Source: Alphaproteobacteria bacterium (GTDB lineage: Bacteria; Pseudomonadota; Alphaproteobacteria; UBA7887). Taken from it: 64,000 nucleotides of DNA. The translations under genes were made by a program, and so were the position numbers. Below are positions 53,662 to 62,889 of the stretch, piece after piece. Within the stretch, counting starts at the first letter, position 1. Each line of letters starts with the position of its first letter. Where the stretch lies: contig CBDCGL010000011.1 of NCBI GenBank assembly GCA_965216755.1, positions 896,001-960,000 on the forward strand, given 5' to 3'. Under the pieces are notes generated by a model that made no database searches, was not told the DNA's origin, and saw nothing but the letters and a program-made list of their open reading frames with translations.

Positions 53662-53895
53662 ATGAGATCACAGGTGTATGCCCTGGCGGTCGCGATAGCG
53701 GGATTTGGATTGGCAACGGGCGCTTGGGCCCAAGACGTGCCGGCGGAAACGCAGACTTCGCCGGAGCAGGTCCAAATGTGCCAAGAGGGTACGCAACAAT
53801 GCGAAGCCGGTGATCAAGGCGGTTGTGTGACTGCCTTGAAGACCTGCGTGGGTGAAGCCCGTCAGGCCGTTATGGCCTTGATGGCCGAAGGCTGA
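53662..53895 (+). CDS. Small secreted 4-Cys hypothetical protein
   Basis: Strong SD GGGAGG. Signal peptide ending AWA-Q. C-x6-C-x7-C-x6-C. Has its own terminator. Confidence 0.8.
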   Translation: MRSQVYALAVAIAGFGLATGAWAQDVPAETQTSPEQVQMCQEGTQQCEAGDQGGCVTALKTCVGEARQAVMALMAEG

Positions 53896-53930
53896 CGCCG
53901 GCTCCGCCGAAAGGCATTGATTAAGACGAT

Positions 53931-53968
53931 AAGGCCCGTGCCGAACATCGGCACGGGCTTTATTTATT
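53931..53968 (+). terminator. Rho-independent terminator
   Basis: GCCCGTGCCGA-ACA-TCGGCACGGGC followed by TTTATTTATT. Confidence 0.85.
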
Positions 53969-53995
53969 CTTCATTTTGACCGTGGGGAAGCGCGT

Positions 53996-54310
53996 ATGCT
54001 CCTGTCCACCACCGATCAAATCGAAGGCAAGCGAATCACGACCTATCTCGGTATCGTGAGTGGTGACGCCATCGTCGGCGCTAATATTTTCCGCGATCTG
54101 TTTGCCCGCATTCGCGATATTGTCGGCGGCCGAGCCGCGGGCTACGAACACGCACTTGATGAGGCCAAGAATCACGCCCTTGAAGACATGACCCAAGCCG
54201 CCGGTGCGTTGGGCGCCGACGCTGTCATCGGTGTTGATTTGGACTATGAAAGCATAGGCGAATCGATGCTGATGGTCAGCGCGAACGGGACCGCCGTGAA
54301 GTTGGAATAG
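53996..54310 (+). CDS. YbjQ/UPF0145 family (putative heavy-metal-binding) protein
   Basis: [43 protein letters not shown]. Confidence 0.92.
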   Translation: MLLSTTDQIEGKRITTYLGIVSGDAIVGANIFRDLFARIRDIVGGRAAGYEHALDEAKNHALEDMTQAAGALGADAVIGVDLDYESIGESMLMVSANGTAVKLE

Positions 54311-54341
54311 GCCGCTGGGGGTAAAGAAAGGAATTTCAGGC

Positions 54342-55325
54342 ATGAAGATCGTAGTCATTGGCGCTGGCGCGATGGGTGGTTCCTATGGCGGACTGCTCGC
54401 CTTGGCTGGTCATGACGTCGCACTCATTGACACTTGGTCAGCGCACGTGGACGTCATCAACACCAAGGGGCTTCGTGTTGAGGGAGTGCTGGGTGACCAT
54501 TGTGTGCGCCTGCCGGCGACGACGTCGCCACCCAACGATCAAACAGCCGATGTCGCAATCGTTTTTGTGGATTCAAACAACACCGAAGCCGCCGCCGAAA
54601 CAGCGCGGCAGATTCTAAGCGACCAAGGATGCGCGATCACGTTTCAGAACGGCATTGGAAATGTCGAAACGCTCCAAGGCGTGCTCGGCGCGGATCGGGT
54701 ACTCGGCGGTTCCAGCATGTGCAGCGCGGCAACATTGGGCCCTGGTCATGTGCGCTTGACCAATATGGGCATGACTACGGTCGGCGAGATTAACGGCACC
54801 GAAACGCCGCGGGCCGGGGCCATCGTTGAGATGCTCGGCAAAGCCGGCTTCGAGGCCAGTTTGTCTGCCGACATGATGGCGCAAATCTGGGAAAAGTTCG
54901 TGCTCAATTGTGGCGCTAACGCGATCGCCGCGACCACGGGCCTGCGCCCCGGAGAATTTGCACGGGTACCGGAGATCAACGCGTTCCAAGATCGCGTTTT
55001 GGCCGAAATCATGGCGGTCATTGCGGCCAAGGGCATCGCCCTGCCCCATCCCAACATTGATGCGCGCATCAAGGACGGTTGTTGGAAAAAATTCAATCGA
55101 CCGTCAATGTTGCAGCATGTTCAGGCGGGCCGAAAAACCGAGATCGGCGCACTCAACGTTGCGCTGATACGTGAGGCCGAGGCGGTTGGCGTGGCGACTC
55201 CAAACAACCAGGCCTTGGTTGCGTTGTTGTTGGGTCGGGAGCTCAGCCAAATGCGTGCGGTCCACGAACCAAACATCGACTACGAAGCATGGGAGGCCCG
55301 CGTTGCGGCTGGCCAGGAAGACTAA
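54342..55325 (+). CDS. Ketopantoate reductase family protein (PanE/ApbA)
   Basis: MKIVVIGAGAMG, FQNGIG, IWEKFVLN, PSMLQH, KTEIGALN. Confidence 0.9.
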   Translation: MKIVVIGAGAMGGSYGGLLALAGHDVALIDTWSAHVDVINTKGLRVEGVLGDHCVRLPATTSPPNDQTADVAIVFVDSNNTEAAAETARQILSDQGCAITFQNGIGNVETLQGVLGADRVLGGSSMCSAATLGPGHVRLTNMGMTTVGEINGTETPRAGAIVEMLGKAGFEASLSADMMAQIWEKFVLNCGANAIAATTGLRPGEFARVPEINAFQDRVLAEIMAVIAAKGIALPHPNIDARIKDGCWKKFNRPSMLQHVQAGRKTEIGALNVALIREAEAVGVATPNNQALVALLLGRELSQMRAVHEPNIDYEAWEARVAAGQED

Positions 55326-55375
55326 GGATACACGCGCCGCCCCCGTAATTTGCATTAGATGAGCCCAGAGCCGAG

Positions 55376-56182
55376 ATGACTGAGATCAGCACTGGCACAC
55401 CACAACTGTTGTGCGAATTGTCGAATGGTGTTGCCACCCTAACCTTCAACCGCCCGGAAGCGCGAAACGCCTTGTCGGACGTATTGAGCCCGGCGTTGCG
55501 CAAGACCATCGCTATGCTCAGCGAACGCACAGATGTCGGCGCGGTGTTGTTGACTGGTGCCGGCCGAGCGTTTTGTGCGGGTGGCGATGTCAAAGGCATG
55601 GGCGCAAACGGCAGCTCTTCGTTGTCGGGGGATGATGCCGTCACCCGGCTGCGCGAACGCCAACGCACGTTGACCGGCGCACTTGCAAGCATGCCAATGC
55701 CAACCATCGCGGCATTGCCGGGACCGGCAGTGGGTGCCGGCCTGGCTATTGCGCTCGCTTGCGACATCCGTATCGCCGCGCGTACGGCATTTGTAAGCAC
55801 GGGGTATGCCCGCATCGCCCTAACTGGCGATTATGGCATCAGTTGGTTGCTGACGCGGTTGGTCGGCACCTCGCGCGCGCGGGAATTGATGTACACCGCT
55901 GCGCGCGTCGACGCGGAGACCTGCGCGCGCTGGGGATTGGTCAACCATGTGGTCGACGATGATCAACTGCGCGGCGAAGCAAGAGAATTGGCGCAAGCTC
56001 TGGCGTCGGGACCACGCCAAGCCATACGCCTAATGAAAACCAACTTGGAACGCGCCCTGACCGACGACTTGTGGACGGTGATGGATCGCGAGGCCGCGCA
56101 CATCATCGAATCGGCACGTTCGGATGATCACAAGGAAGGCGTTCGCGCCTTCATTGAAAAACGCACGCCGCGTTTCAACTGA
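55376..56182 (+). CDS. Crotonase superfamily protein (PaaG-like enoyl-CoA isomerase)
   Basis: NRPEARNAL, AFCAGGDV, AVGAGLAIALACD, IALTGDYG, DHKEGVRAFIEKR. Confidence 0.88.
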   Translation: MTEISTGTPQLLCELSNGVATLTFNRPEARNALSDVLSPALRKTIAMLSERTDVGAVLLTGAGRAFCAGGDVKGMGANGSSSLSGDDAVTRLRERQRTLTGALASMPMPTIAALPGPAVGAGLAIALACDIRIAARTAFVSTGYARIALTGDYGISWLLTRLVGTSRARELMYTAARVDAETCARWGLVNHVVDDDQLRGEARELAQALASGPRQAIRLMKTNLERALTDDLWTVMDREAAHIIESARSDDHKEGVRAFIEKRTPRFN

Positions 56183-56190
56183 TCAGCGTT

Positions 56191-56679
56191 TTAGTCGGCC
56201 GCGCGCACGGCCTCTTCAAAAAGCCGCAATGCCCGCTCGGTAAAGGCGAACATGTTCTGTTGGCGATCCGCCGACCGGGTCTCAAGCGTGATAACTTTTT
56301 CGATCGGTCCCGCCACGGCCAGGCAGGAATGTCCGGCGGAGTCGCCATAGCGGTTGCCAGTCGGCCCCGAAGCGCCGGTTTCCGCCAATCCCCAGGTTGT
56401 ACTCAAATGAGCGCACATCGTTCGGGCAAGCCACAGTGCATAGGGCTCGGAAGCAGATCGCACGCCCTCAAGAGCAGTGCCGGCCTCCGGCAACAAGGAT
56501 TGTCGCGCGGTCGCGGTATAGATAACGCCGCCACCGACAAAATAGGCCGAAGCGCCGGGCACGGCGAGCAACGACGCCGCAATCAATCCGCCGGCAGAGG
56601 ACTCCGCAACAGCGACCGTCTCTCGGCGCGATTTCAGCAGCGTCGCGACGTCCGATGAATATTTCGTTAGGTCCGTCAT
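56191..56679 (-). CDS. CinA C-terminal domain / PncC-like protein (divergent)
   Basis: VAVAESSAGG, VPGASAYF, AETGASGP. Confidence 0.88.
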   Translation of the reverse strand: MTDLTKYSSDVATLLKSRRETVAVAESSAGGLIAASLLAVPGASAYFVGGGVIYTATARQSLLPEAGTALEGVRSASEPYALWLARTMCAHLSTTWGLAETGASGPTGNRYGDSAGHSCLAVAGPIEKVITLETRSADRQQNMFAFTERALRLFEEAVRAAD

Positions 56680-56712
56680 GTGTCACCAGCGGGTTGACTT
56701 ATGTTCGGGCGG

Positions 56713-57705
56713 TCAACGCAAATACGCAAGGCAGCCGGTAGACTCCAATATTGGGTCCAACGCGCCTTTGTCCGAAACCGCCGTGTACTTCGCCCGCAGC
56801 GCCGACAGGCTGCGCGCGTGATATTTCTGTGGTTGTTGGGCGAATGTGCGGCCATCAAGTTCGACCGTGAAACTGTCGCGCCCCGCCGCCAGCGCGGCAG
56901 CGTTGGCGCTCGACCATGGCAGGAAAATCGCGCCAACTTGCTCTGACAGTAGCGGCATCAATGTTGGCGCCAAGTCTAACCAACGCGCGAAATCTCCCGT
57001 TGCCTTGGGTTCCAGCATCCGCTTAACCCACGCCAATGTCTTGGCTGCGGTTGCCTTCATCATCGCACCGGGCGTCGGATCGCGAGAGCATTCGTAGAGC
57101 TGCGCGAACAGGCCGAGGTCCGCAAGCGCAGGTCGATCACCCAAAAGATAGTCGTGTTGCGCGAGATGTGCCTCCAAAATCTCAAGAAGACGCGCGAAAG
57201 AGCCCTCAATAATCGGCAGCGTCGCCGGTGACGAGCCAACGAACGCAAGGCGCGGAACCATACGCTGCCGCACCTTGCTGGCGACTTCATCAATGTTGCC
57301 CTCGGTGGCCCCAACATGCGCAATGGCGATCTCACGAGCGGTAGCCAGCTGATCTGGTTCGTAAGTCCACCGATAGTGAAACATCGGTTTGTTGCCCCAT
57401 TCGTCCGCGTACTCCTCGATCAGGGCTGACAGAAAAGCCAAGGTTGAATCGGCTGGCTGCAGCGGCGGCGTCGGATACCTCGCCTCCAACTTCTCAATTG
57501 TCGGAGTCGAATCCTGCAGACCTTCGTCGTCCGGCGTAATGACGAGCGGGATCAACGGCAACCGTGCATATTCTTCGAATGTCGCTTGGTTGGACGGATT
57601 GCGGATCAGCCACTCGAACGGCAAGTCCTTGAACCGAAAGTAAGACCGAACCTTCACCGAGTACGGTGATAGCTCGGAGCCAAATATCCTAAAAGTCTGT
57701 GCCAT
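56713..57705 (-). CDS. Glutathione S-transferase family protein (long type)
   Basis: SPYSVKVRSY, IPLV, QDSTP, EEYADEW, YLLGDRPALAD. Confidence 0.88.
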   Translation of the reverse strand: MAQTFRIFGSELSPYSVKVRSYFRFKDLPFEWLIRNPSNQATFEEYARLPLIPLVITPDDEGLQDSTPTIEKLEARYPTPPLQPADSTLAFLSALIEEYADEWGNKPMFHYRWTYEPDQLATAREIAIAHVGATEGNIDEVASKVRQRMVPRLAFVGSSPATLPIIEGSFARLLEILEAHLAQHDYLLGDRPALADLGLFAQLYECSRDPTPGAMMKATAAKTLAWVKRMLEPKATGDFARWLDLAPTLMPLLSEQVGAIFLPWSSANAAALAAGRDSFTVELDGRTFAQQPQKYHARSLSALRAKYTAVSDKGALDPILESTGCLAYLR

Positions 57706-57710
57706 TCCCC

Positions 57711-58505
57711 CTACTCGCCTGAAAAGTTGGGCATGCGTTTCTCGACGAAAGCCGTGACCGCTTCCTGTCGATCACGGGTCATATTGGAGATCATTTCATA
57801 GGCAATCGCTGCGTCTGAAATTTTGTTCGCGAGATCACGCAGGGCTATGTTCATAGCCGCCTTGGTCCAACGCACGGCCCAACGCGGATTGCCGAGGATC
57901 TTTGATGCGACTTCGTTAACTTTGGCATCGAGTTGATCGGACGGCACGGCATAGTTGATCAACCCCATCTGTACGGCATCGCCGGCGGTTACCAAATCAC
58001 CGGTGAGCAACAACTCTTTGGCACGCGCAAATCCAATCATTTGCGGCCAGATCACCGCGCCGCCATCGCCCGCAACCAACCCGACTTTCACATGTGGGTC
58101 CCCGATCCGCGCGCTCTCGTCGGCGACGATCACGTCGCACAATAAAGCCATCGAGGCGCCCAACCCAACGGCGGCCCCATTCAGGCGGCAAATGATCGGT
58201 TTCTGAAGATCCAATAGGCTACTGATAATACGCTTTGCATCCGGTGCGATATCACGGAACATCGTCGGATCATCGATCATGTCCTGGAACCAATCCATGT
58301 CTCCGCCGGCGCAAAATGCGCGTCCGTGCCCAGTTAGTACAATGAGATCGCTGCTGGGATCTCGTTGGAGGTCAACGAACACGCGCGCCAATTCTTCGTG
58401 AAGCCGGTGATTTACGCCATTCATTGGCGTATTGCTGGCCAGCGTCACGCGCAATATTTGACCGTTGCGATCGAAACGAATGAGCTTGTAGTTTTCGAAC
58501 TTCAT
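57711..58505 (-). CDS. Crotonase superfamily protein with His/Asp motif
   Basis: AFCAGGDM, GAAVGLGASMALLCD, GDPHVKVGLVAGDGGAVIWP. Confidence 0.88.
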   Translation of the reverse strand: MKFENYKLIRFDRNGQILRVTLASNTPMNGVNHRLHEELARVFVDLQRDPSSDLIVLTGHGRAFCAGGDMDWFQDMIDDPTMFRDIAPDAKRIISSLLDLQKPIICRLNGAAVGLGASMALLCDVIVADESARIGDPHVKVGLVAGDGGAVIWPQMIGFARAKELLLTGDLVTAGDAVQMGLINYAVPSDQLDAKVNEVASKILGNPRWAVRWTKAAMNIALRDLANKISDAAIAYEMISNMTRDRQEAVTAFVEKRMPNFSGE

Positions 58506-58554
58506 AGCCGGTTTCCTTTGACTCGCACTTCAGAAGTTCCCACGGCGTCCGGAA

Positions 58555-59640
58555 CTATGCGACGGCCGACACCGGTGACAGCGATTGCAAGGCCGGTCGC
58601 ACCCGCTCGGCAAACAAACGCAGATTGCGCTCCGCCTCGTCCCACGGCAAACCGGCGTAACTGAACACGCCGACGAAGCTCTCGGCGCCGCTGCGTTCGC
58701 AAAACCCGCGAATGCGGGCAACGCACTCATCCGGCGTGCCAAAAACCTGCAGGCCCAGGAAAAAATCGATGAAGCTATCCACTCCATAGCGTTCGATCTT
58801 TTCGGCAATTTTTCCGTAATACTCGTAGCCCTTGGTGGTCGTGAGGTGCTTCTTGGCGAACTCATAATGCTCAAGCACAGAGTGAAAGTATCCACCGATA
58901 TAGATCTTGGCATGGTCGCGCGCGCGATCGGCATCTTGGTCGCAAAAGACCCACCCGGCCAATATTGGTGCCGGTGCCGTTGCACCTTCATTGATTGTGG
59001 TGAAGGCATCACGATAGGCCGTCAGCTCCTTGTCGAGCTCCTCCCAAGGTTTTTGCGGAATGATCAGGAGACCGACGCCAAGACGCGCCATGATCGGCAC
59101 AGACTCTGGCGACACCGCGGCCGCATAGGTTCGGCCCTTGAATGTCTTGAGCGGCGCGGGGCGAATGGCGACACGCGGTTGCTTGATGAATTCCCCGTCG
59201 AAGACGCAGTGGCCGGATTCCAGCCCGGCCAAAATCATCTCCGCACACTCAACGAAGCGCCCCCGGCTTTCGTCCATGGTCTGGCGAAAACCATCGAATT
59301 CGACGCGGCCTGCACCGCGCCCGATCCCCAGCACAACCCGGCCATCCGACATGTTGTCAAGCATCGACACTTGCTCGGCAACACGCAACGGATCCCGCCA
59401 CGGCAACACAACCACCATCGTGCCCAACTGTATGCGCGTGGTCCGCGCTGCCATCCACGTCAGATATTGGAGCGGATCAGGGCACATCGTGTAGTCGGTA
59501 AAATGGTGCTCGACCGTCCATATTGAATCGAAACCGAGCGGCTCGGCCAGGTCCGACAATCGAAGATCTTCTTGATAGACCTCGAAGTCAGAGCGCACTT
59601 TGCCTGGGTTCTGAAAGATCGTTGCCATCCCGACTTGCAT
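58555..59640 (-). CDS. LLM-class (luciferase-like) flavin-dependent monooxygenase
   Basis: GFDSIWTVEHHF, RVAEQVSMLDNMSDGRVVLGIGRG, FGTPDEC, LRLFAERVRP. Confidence 0.92.
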   Translation of the reverse strand: MQVGMATIFQNPGKVRSDFEVYQEDLRLSDLAEPLGFDSIWTVEHHFTDYTMCPDPLQYLTWMAARTTRIQLGTMVVVLPWRDPLRVAEQVSMLDNMSDGRVVLGIGRGAGRVEFDGFRQTMDESRGRFVECAEMILAGLESGHCVFDGEFIKQPRVAIRPAPLKTFKGRTYAAAVSPESVPIMARLGVGLLIIPQKPWEELDKELTAYRDAFTTINEGATAPAPILAGWVFCDQDADRARDHAKIYIGGYFHSVLEHYEFAKKHLTTTKGYEYYGKIAEKIERYGVDSFIDFFLGLQVFGTPDECVARIRGFCERSGAESFVGVFSYAGLPWDEAERNLRLFAERVRPALQSLSPVSAVA

Positions 59641-59856
59641 GCCGAATGCCCTTTATTTTCCACCGTGACTTCCAGACCACCTTGCCACAAAGCTGGCACA
59701 CGCGGAACACACGCGCCGCACGTCGACGGATCGCACGCGCAGAACGCGGTGTGCATACACCTCGCCCCAACGGGCGATGAATGCAATCCGAGAGTCCGGG
59801 TATGTTCGCACGGTCAGGGAAGTCTCGTTTTGCAATCAGTCAGTGAGAGGTCGCAC

Positions 59857-60417
59857 ATGCTAGACGGCCCCTTTGCCAGTCTATTGCAGGCCGCATTGTC
59901 TGCGGCAGCGGGCGTGTTGGTTGCGGTGCCGTCGAACGTCGCGGCACAATCGACCGATATCACAACCGAATATCTGATGACGCTTCATGCTCCACTTGAT
60001 CCTCCGCAAATTGCCAACCGCGACCTCTTTATTTACAACGTCCAGCCCGGCGGATGGGTCAAGGGACCGAATATCCAGGGTGAGTTTTTGGCACCAAGCG
60101 CGGATTGGCTCAGAGTGATGCCGAACGGCACCTCGAAAGTCGACATCCGCGGCTCGATCAAGGCCGACGATGGGTCGATCATCTACATCACCTATACCGG
60201 CCGGATTGTCTTGACCGAACACACCTTGCAGAAACTGGCGATCAACGATGAGACGTTGGGCCCGGACGACCTCTATTTCATGACGTCGCCGACATTCGAA
60301 ACGATTTCTGAAAAGTACGGGTGGCTCAATGACGTGGTGGCGGTGGGCAAAATGGTGTCCTTGAAAGCCGGCACGGATAGCAGTCACGTCACCTACGATA
60401 TTTTCCTCGTTCGATAG
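59857..60417 (+). CDS. DUF3237 family protein with a putative signal peptide
   Basis: GGWVKGPNIQG, ADW, IKADDGSIIYITYTG, YFMTSPTFET, KYGWLN, VTYDIF. Confidence 0.82.
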   Translation: MLDGPFASLLQAALSAAAGVLVAVPSNVAAQSTDITTEYLMTLHAPLDPPQIANRDLFIYNVQPGGWVKGPNIQGEFLAPSADWLRVMPNGTSKVDIRGSIKADDGSIIYITYTGRIVLTEHTLQKLAINDETLGPDDLYFMTSPTFETISEKYGWLNDVVAVGKMVSLKAGTDSSHVTYDIFLVR

Positions 60418-60486
60418 CCGTCGCAACGAGGTACCGAGGCGCAAGCCAGCGCAGAACGACCGACAGAAACGACCCTAACAAGCCTT

Positions 60487-60523
60487 ACGGCCCCGAGCGC
60501 GATTTCGGGGCCGTCTTCTTGTT
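60487..60523 (+). terminator. Rho-independent terminator
   Basis: ACGGCCCCGA-8 nt-TCGGGGCCGT followed by CTTCTTGTT. Confidence 0.7.
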
Positions 60524-60589
60524 GATAGCTTCAGGATCTATCGCTGCTATGATCTTGTACACACCGCATCATGGGAATGGGGACGGATC

Positions 60590-62224
60590 ATGAAAACTGG
60601 CGATGTCATTGCCGAAATCCTGAAACGTGAGGGCGTCGAAATCGTTTTCGGCTATCCGGTAAATCACATTTTGGAATGTGCGGCAAAGGCCGATATCCGG
60701 CCAATAATCGTCCGCCAGGAACGCACGGGATTACACATGGCGGATGCCATGTCGCGGCTGACCAGCGGCGAGAAATTGGGCGTATTCGTCATGCAGCACG
60801 GCCCAGGCACCGAGAACGCGTTCGGCGGCGTTGCCCAAGCCTTTGGCGATTCTGTCCCGATCCTGGTCATGCCGATGGGCTATGCGCGGCGACTGGCTCA
60901 CGTGACACCCAATTTCAATGCCGTCGCAAACTTCCAACAGGTCACGAAATTGGCAGAACCGGTTACGTCGCTGGCTGAGGTTCCCCACATCATGCGGCGC
61001 GCTTTTACCCAATTGCGCAACGGCCGTCCCGCCCCGGCGTTGGTCGAAGTTCCTGTCGACATGTTCGCCGAAGACTGGTCGGGCGACCTCAATTACACGC
61101 CACCGCCGAGCACACGCACAGCACCAGATCCCGTCGACGTCTCACGCGCGGCTGACGCTCTGGTCGCGGCTGCCCGCCCGGTCATTTATGCCGGCCAAGG
61201 CGTGCACTACGCAAAGGGTTGGGACTCTTTGAAGGAACTCGCGGAACTATTGGCCGCGCCGGTGACCACAAGTCTCGGCGGCAAGAGCGCGTTTCCGGAG
61301 ACCCATCCTTTGTCGCTTGGCACAGCGGGCCGGACCATGCCGCGGCCGGTTCACGACTTTCTCCACAATGCCGATCTCATTTTCGGCATTGGCTGTAGTT
61401 TCACATCGACCCCGTTTGGCGTCGCGATGCCAAGTGACAAAACAATCATCCATGCGACCCTAGACACCGCTGACCTGAACAAGGACGTGATCGCCCAACA
61501 CGTGCTGCTCGGCGATGCTGATTTGACTTTGCGGGCCTTGATCGACGAGGTGCGGGATCGGTTGGGCGGCGGAGTGCGCGACGCGGGTTCGGTCACAGAT
61601 GAAATCGCGACGGGTCGTGAAACGTGGTTGGCTGAGTGGAAACCCAAGCTGACATCGAATGAAACCCCGCTGTCGCCCTATCGCGTGTTATGGGATTTGG
61701 CCAACACGGTCGATCGCGACAATACGATCATCACCCACGATGCCGGCAGCCCGCGGGATCAAATTTCGCCGTTTTGGCAAGCGACGACACCCCTTTCGTA
61801 CATTGGTTGGGGCAAAACCACCCAATTGGGATACGGCTTGGGTTTGGCGATGGGTGCCAAGTTGGTTCACCCAGACAAGCTCTGCATCAATGTTTGGGGC
61901 GACGCCGCGATCGGATTTACCGGTATGGATTTCGAAACCGCCGTGCGTGAACGCATTCCGATTTTGTCAATCCTGCTTAATAACTTCTCCATGGCGATTG
62001 AGCTTAAGATCATGCAGGTATCGACTGAGAAATACCGGAGCACTGACATATCCGGCGACTATGCGGCGATGGCGCGTGCATTTGGCGGATATGGAGAGCG
62101 GGTAACCACCCCAGATGAGATCGTGCCGGCGATCCGCCGCGGCATCGAGCAAACGCAAAACGGCGTCCCCGCCTTGCTTGAATTCCTCACATCTAAGGAA
62201 ACGTCGATTTCCACGTTTGGCTAA
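60590..62224 (+). CDS. Thiamine diphosphate-dependent enzyme (acetolactate synthase-like family, unknown substrate)
   Basis: VRQER (catalytic Glu), HGPG, RPVIYAGQGV, WGDAA...NN ThDP motif. Confidence 0.9.
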   Translation: MKTGDVIAEILKREGVEIVFGYPVNHILECAAKADIRPIIVRQERTGLHMADAMSRLTSGEKLGVFVMQHGPGTENAFGGVAQAFGDSVPILVMPMGYARRLAHVTPNFNAVANFQQVTKLAEPVTSLAEVPHIMRRAFTQLRNGRPAPALVEVPVDMFAEDWSGDLNYTPPPSTRTAPDPVDVSRAADALVAAARPVIYAGQGVHYAKGWDSLKELAELLAAPVTTSLGGKSAFPETHPLSLGTAGRTMPRPVHDFLHNADLIFGIGCSFTSTPFGVAMPSDKTIIHATLDTADLNKDVIAQHVLLGDADLTLRALIDEVRDRLGGGVRDAGSVTDEIATGRETWLAEWKPKLTSNETPLSPYRVLWDLANTVDRDNTIITHDAGSPRDQISPFWQATTPLSYIGWGKTTQLGYGLGLAMGAKLVHPDKLCINVWGDAAIGFTGMDFETAVRERIPILSILLNNFSMAIELKIMQVSTEKYRSTDISGDYAAMARAFGGYGERVTTPDEIVPAIRRGIEQTQNGVPALLEFLTSKETSISTFG

Positions 62225-62439
62225 CCGGGGACAATCGAACCCAGCAGTCTGATGCCAGACTAACGAACGCGATACTCAGTTCGTGCCGAACGCGACAAAC
62301 ACGGCGGGTGGCGGAATCCACACGCGTTCCTCCTCGGCTGTGGCCGAGGCCATGGTCTGTGTCCCAATAGCCAACTTGAATGCCGGGCTACAAAAGGCCA
62401 CAGTTTGGCCTATGTCGCCGGTCGTTGAAGGAACCGACA

Positions 62440-62889
62440 ATGACGAAAAAAAGCTACACCCGATCTGCAGAAGCGGTAGCAAATCTGTCGCCAGAGCAGT
62501 ACGCCGTCACCCAAAATGACGCAACCGAGCCGGCGTTTCGGAATGCATTTTGGGATCACCACGAAGTTGGCCTCTACGTTGATGTGGTCAGCGGCGAACC
62601 TCTCTTCACGTCAAACGAGAAATTCGACTCGCATTGCGGTTGGCCGAGCTTCACCAAGCCGATCGAACCGGAACATGTCGTCGAACGCCACGACGAGAGC
62701 CACGGCATGATCCGGACTGAGGTCCGTTCAAAATCCGGTGATTCTCATCTGGGCCACGTCTTTCCCGACGGCCCAGGAGCAAACGGCCTGCGTTATTGCA
62801 TCAACTCGGCGTCGCTTCGTTTCATCCCGAAAGACCAATTGGAAGCCGAAGGCTATGGCGAGTATGTCTCGGTCTTCGAGACCGACTGA
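62440..62889 (+). CDS. msrB: Peptide-methionine (R)-S-oxide reductase
   Basis: [48 protein letters not shown]. Confidence 0.96.
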   Translation: MTKKSYTRSAEAVANLSPEQYAVTQNDATEPAFRNAFWDHHEVGLYVDVVSGEPLFTSNEKFDSHCGWPSFTKPIEPEHVVERHDESHGMIRTEVRSKSGDSHLGHVFPDGPGANGLRYCINSASLRFIPKDQLEAEGYGEYVSVFETD

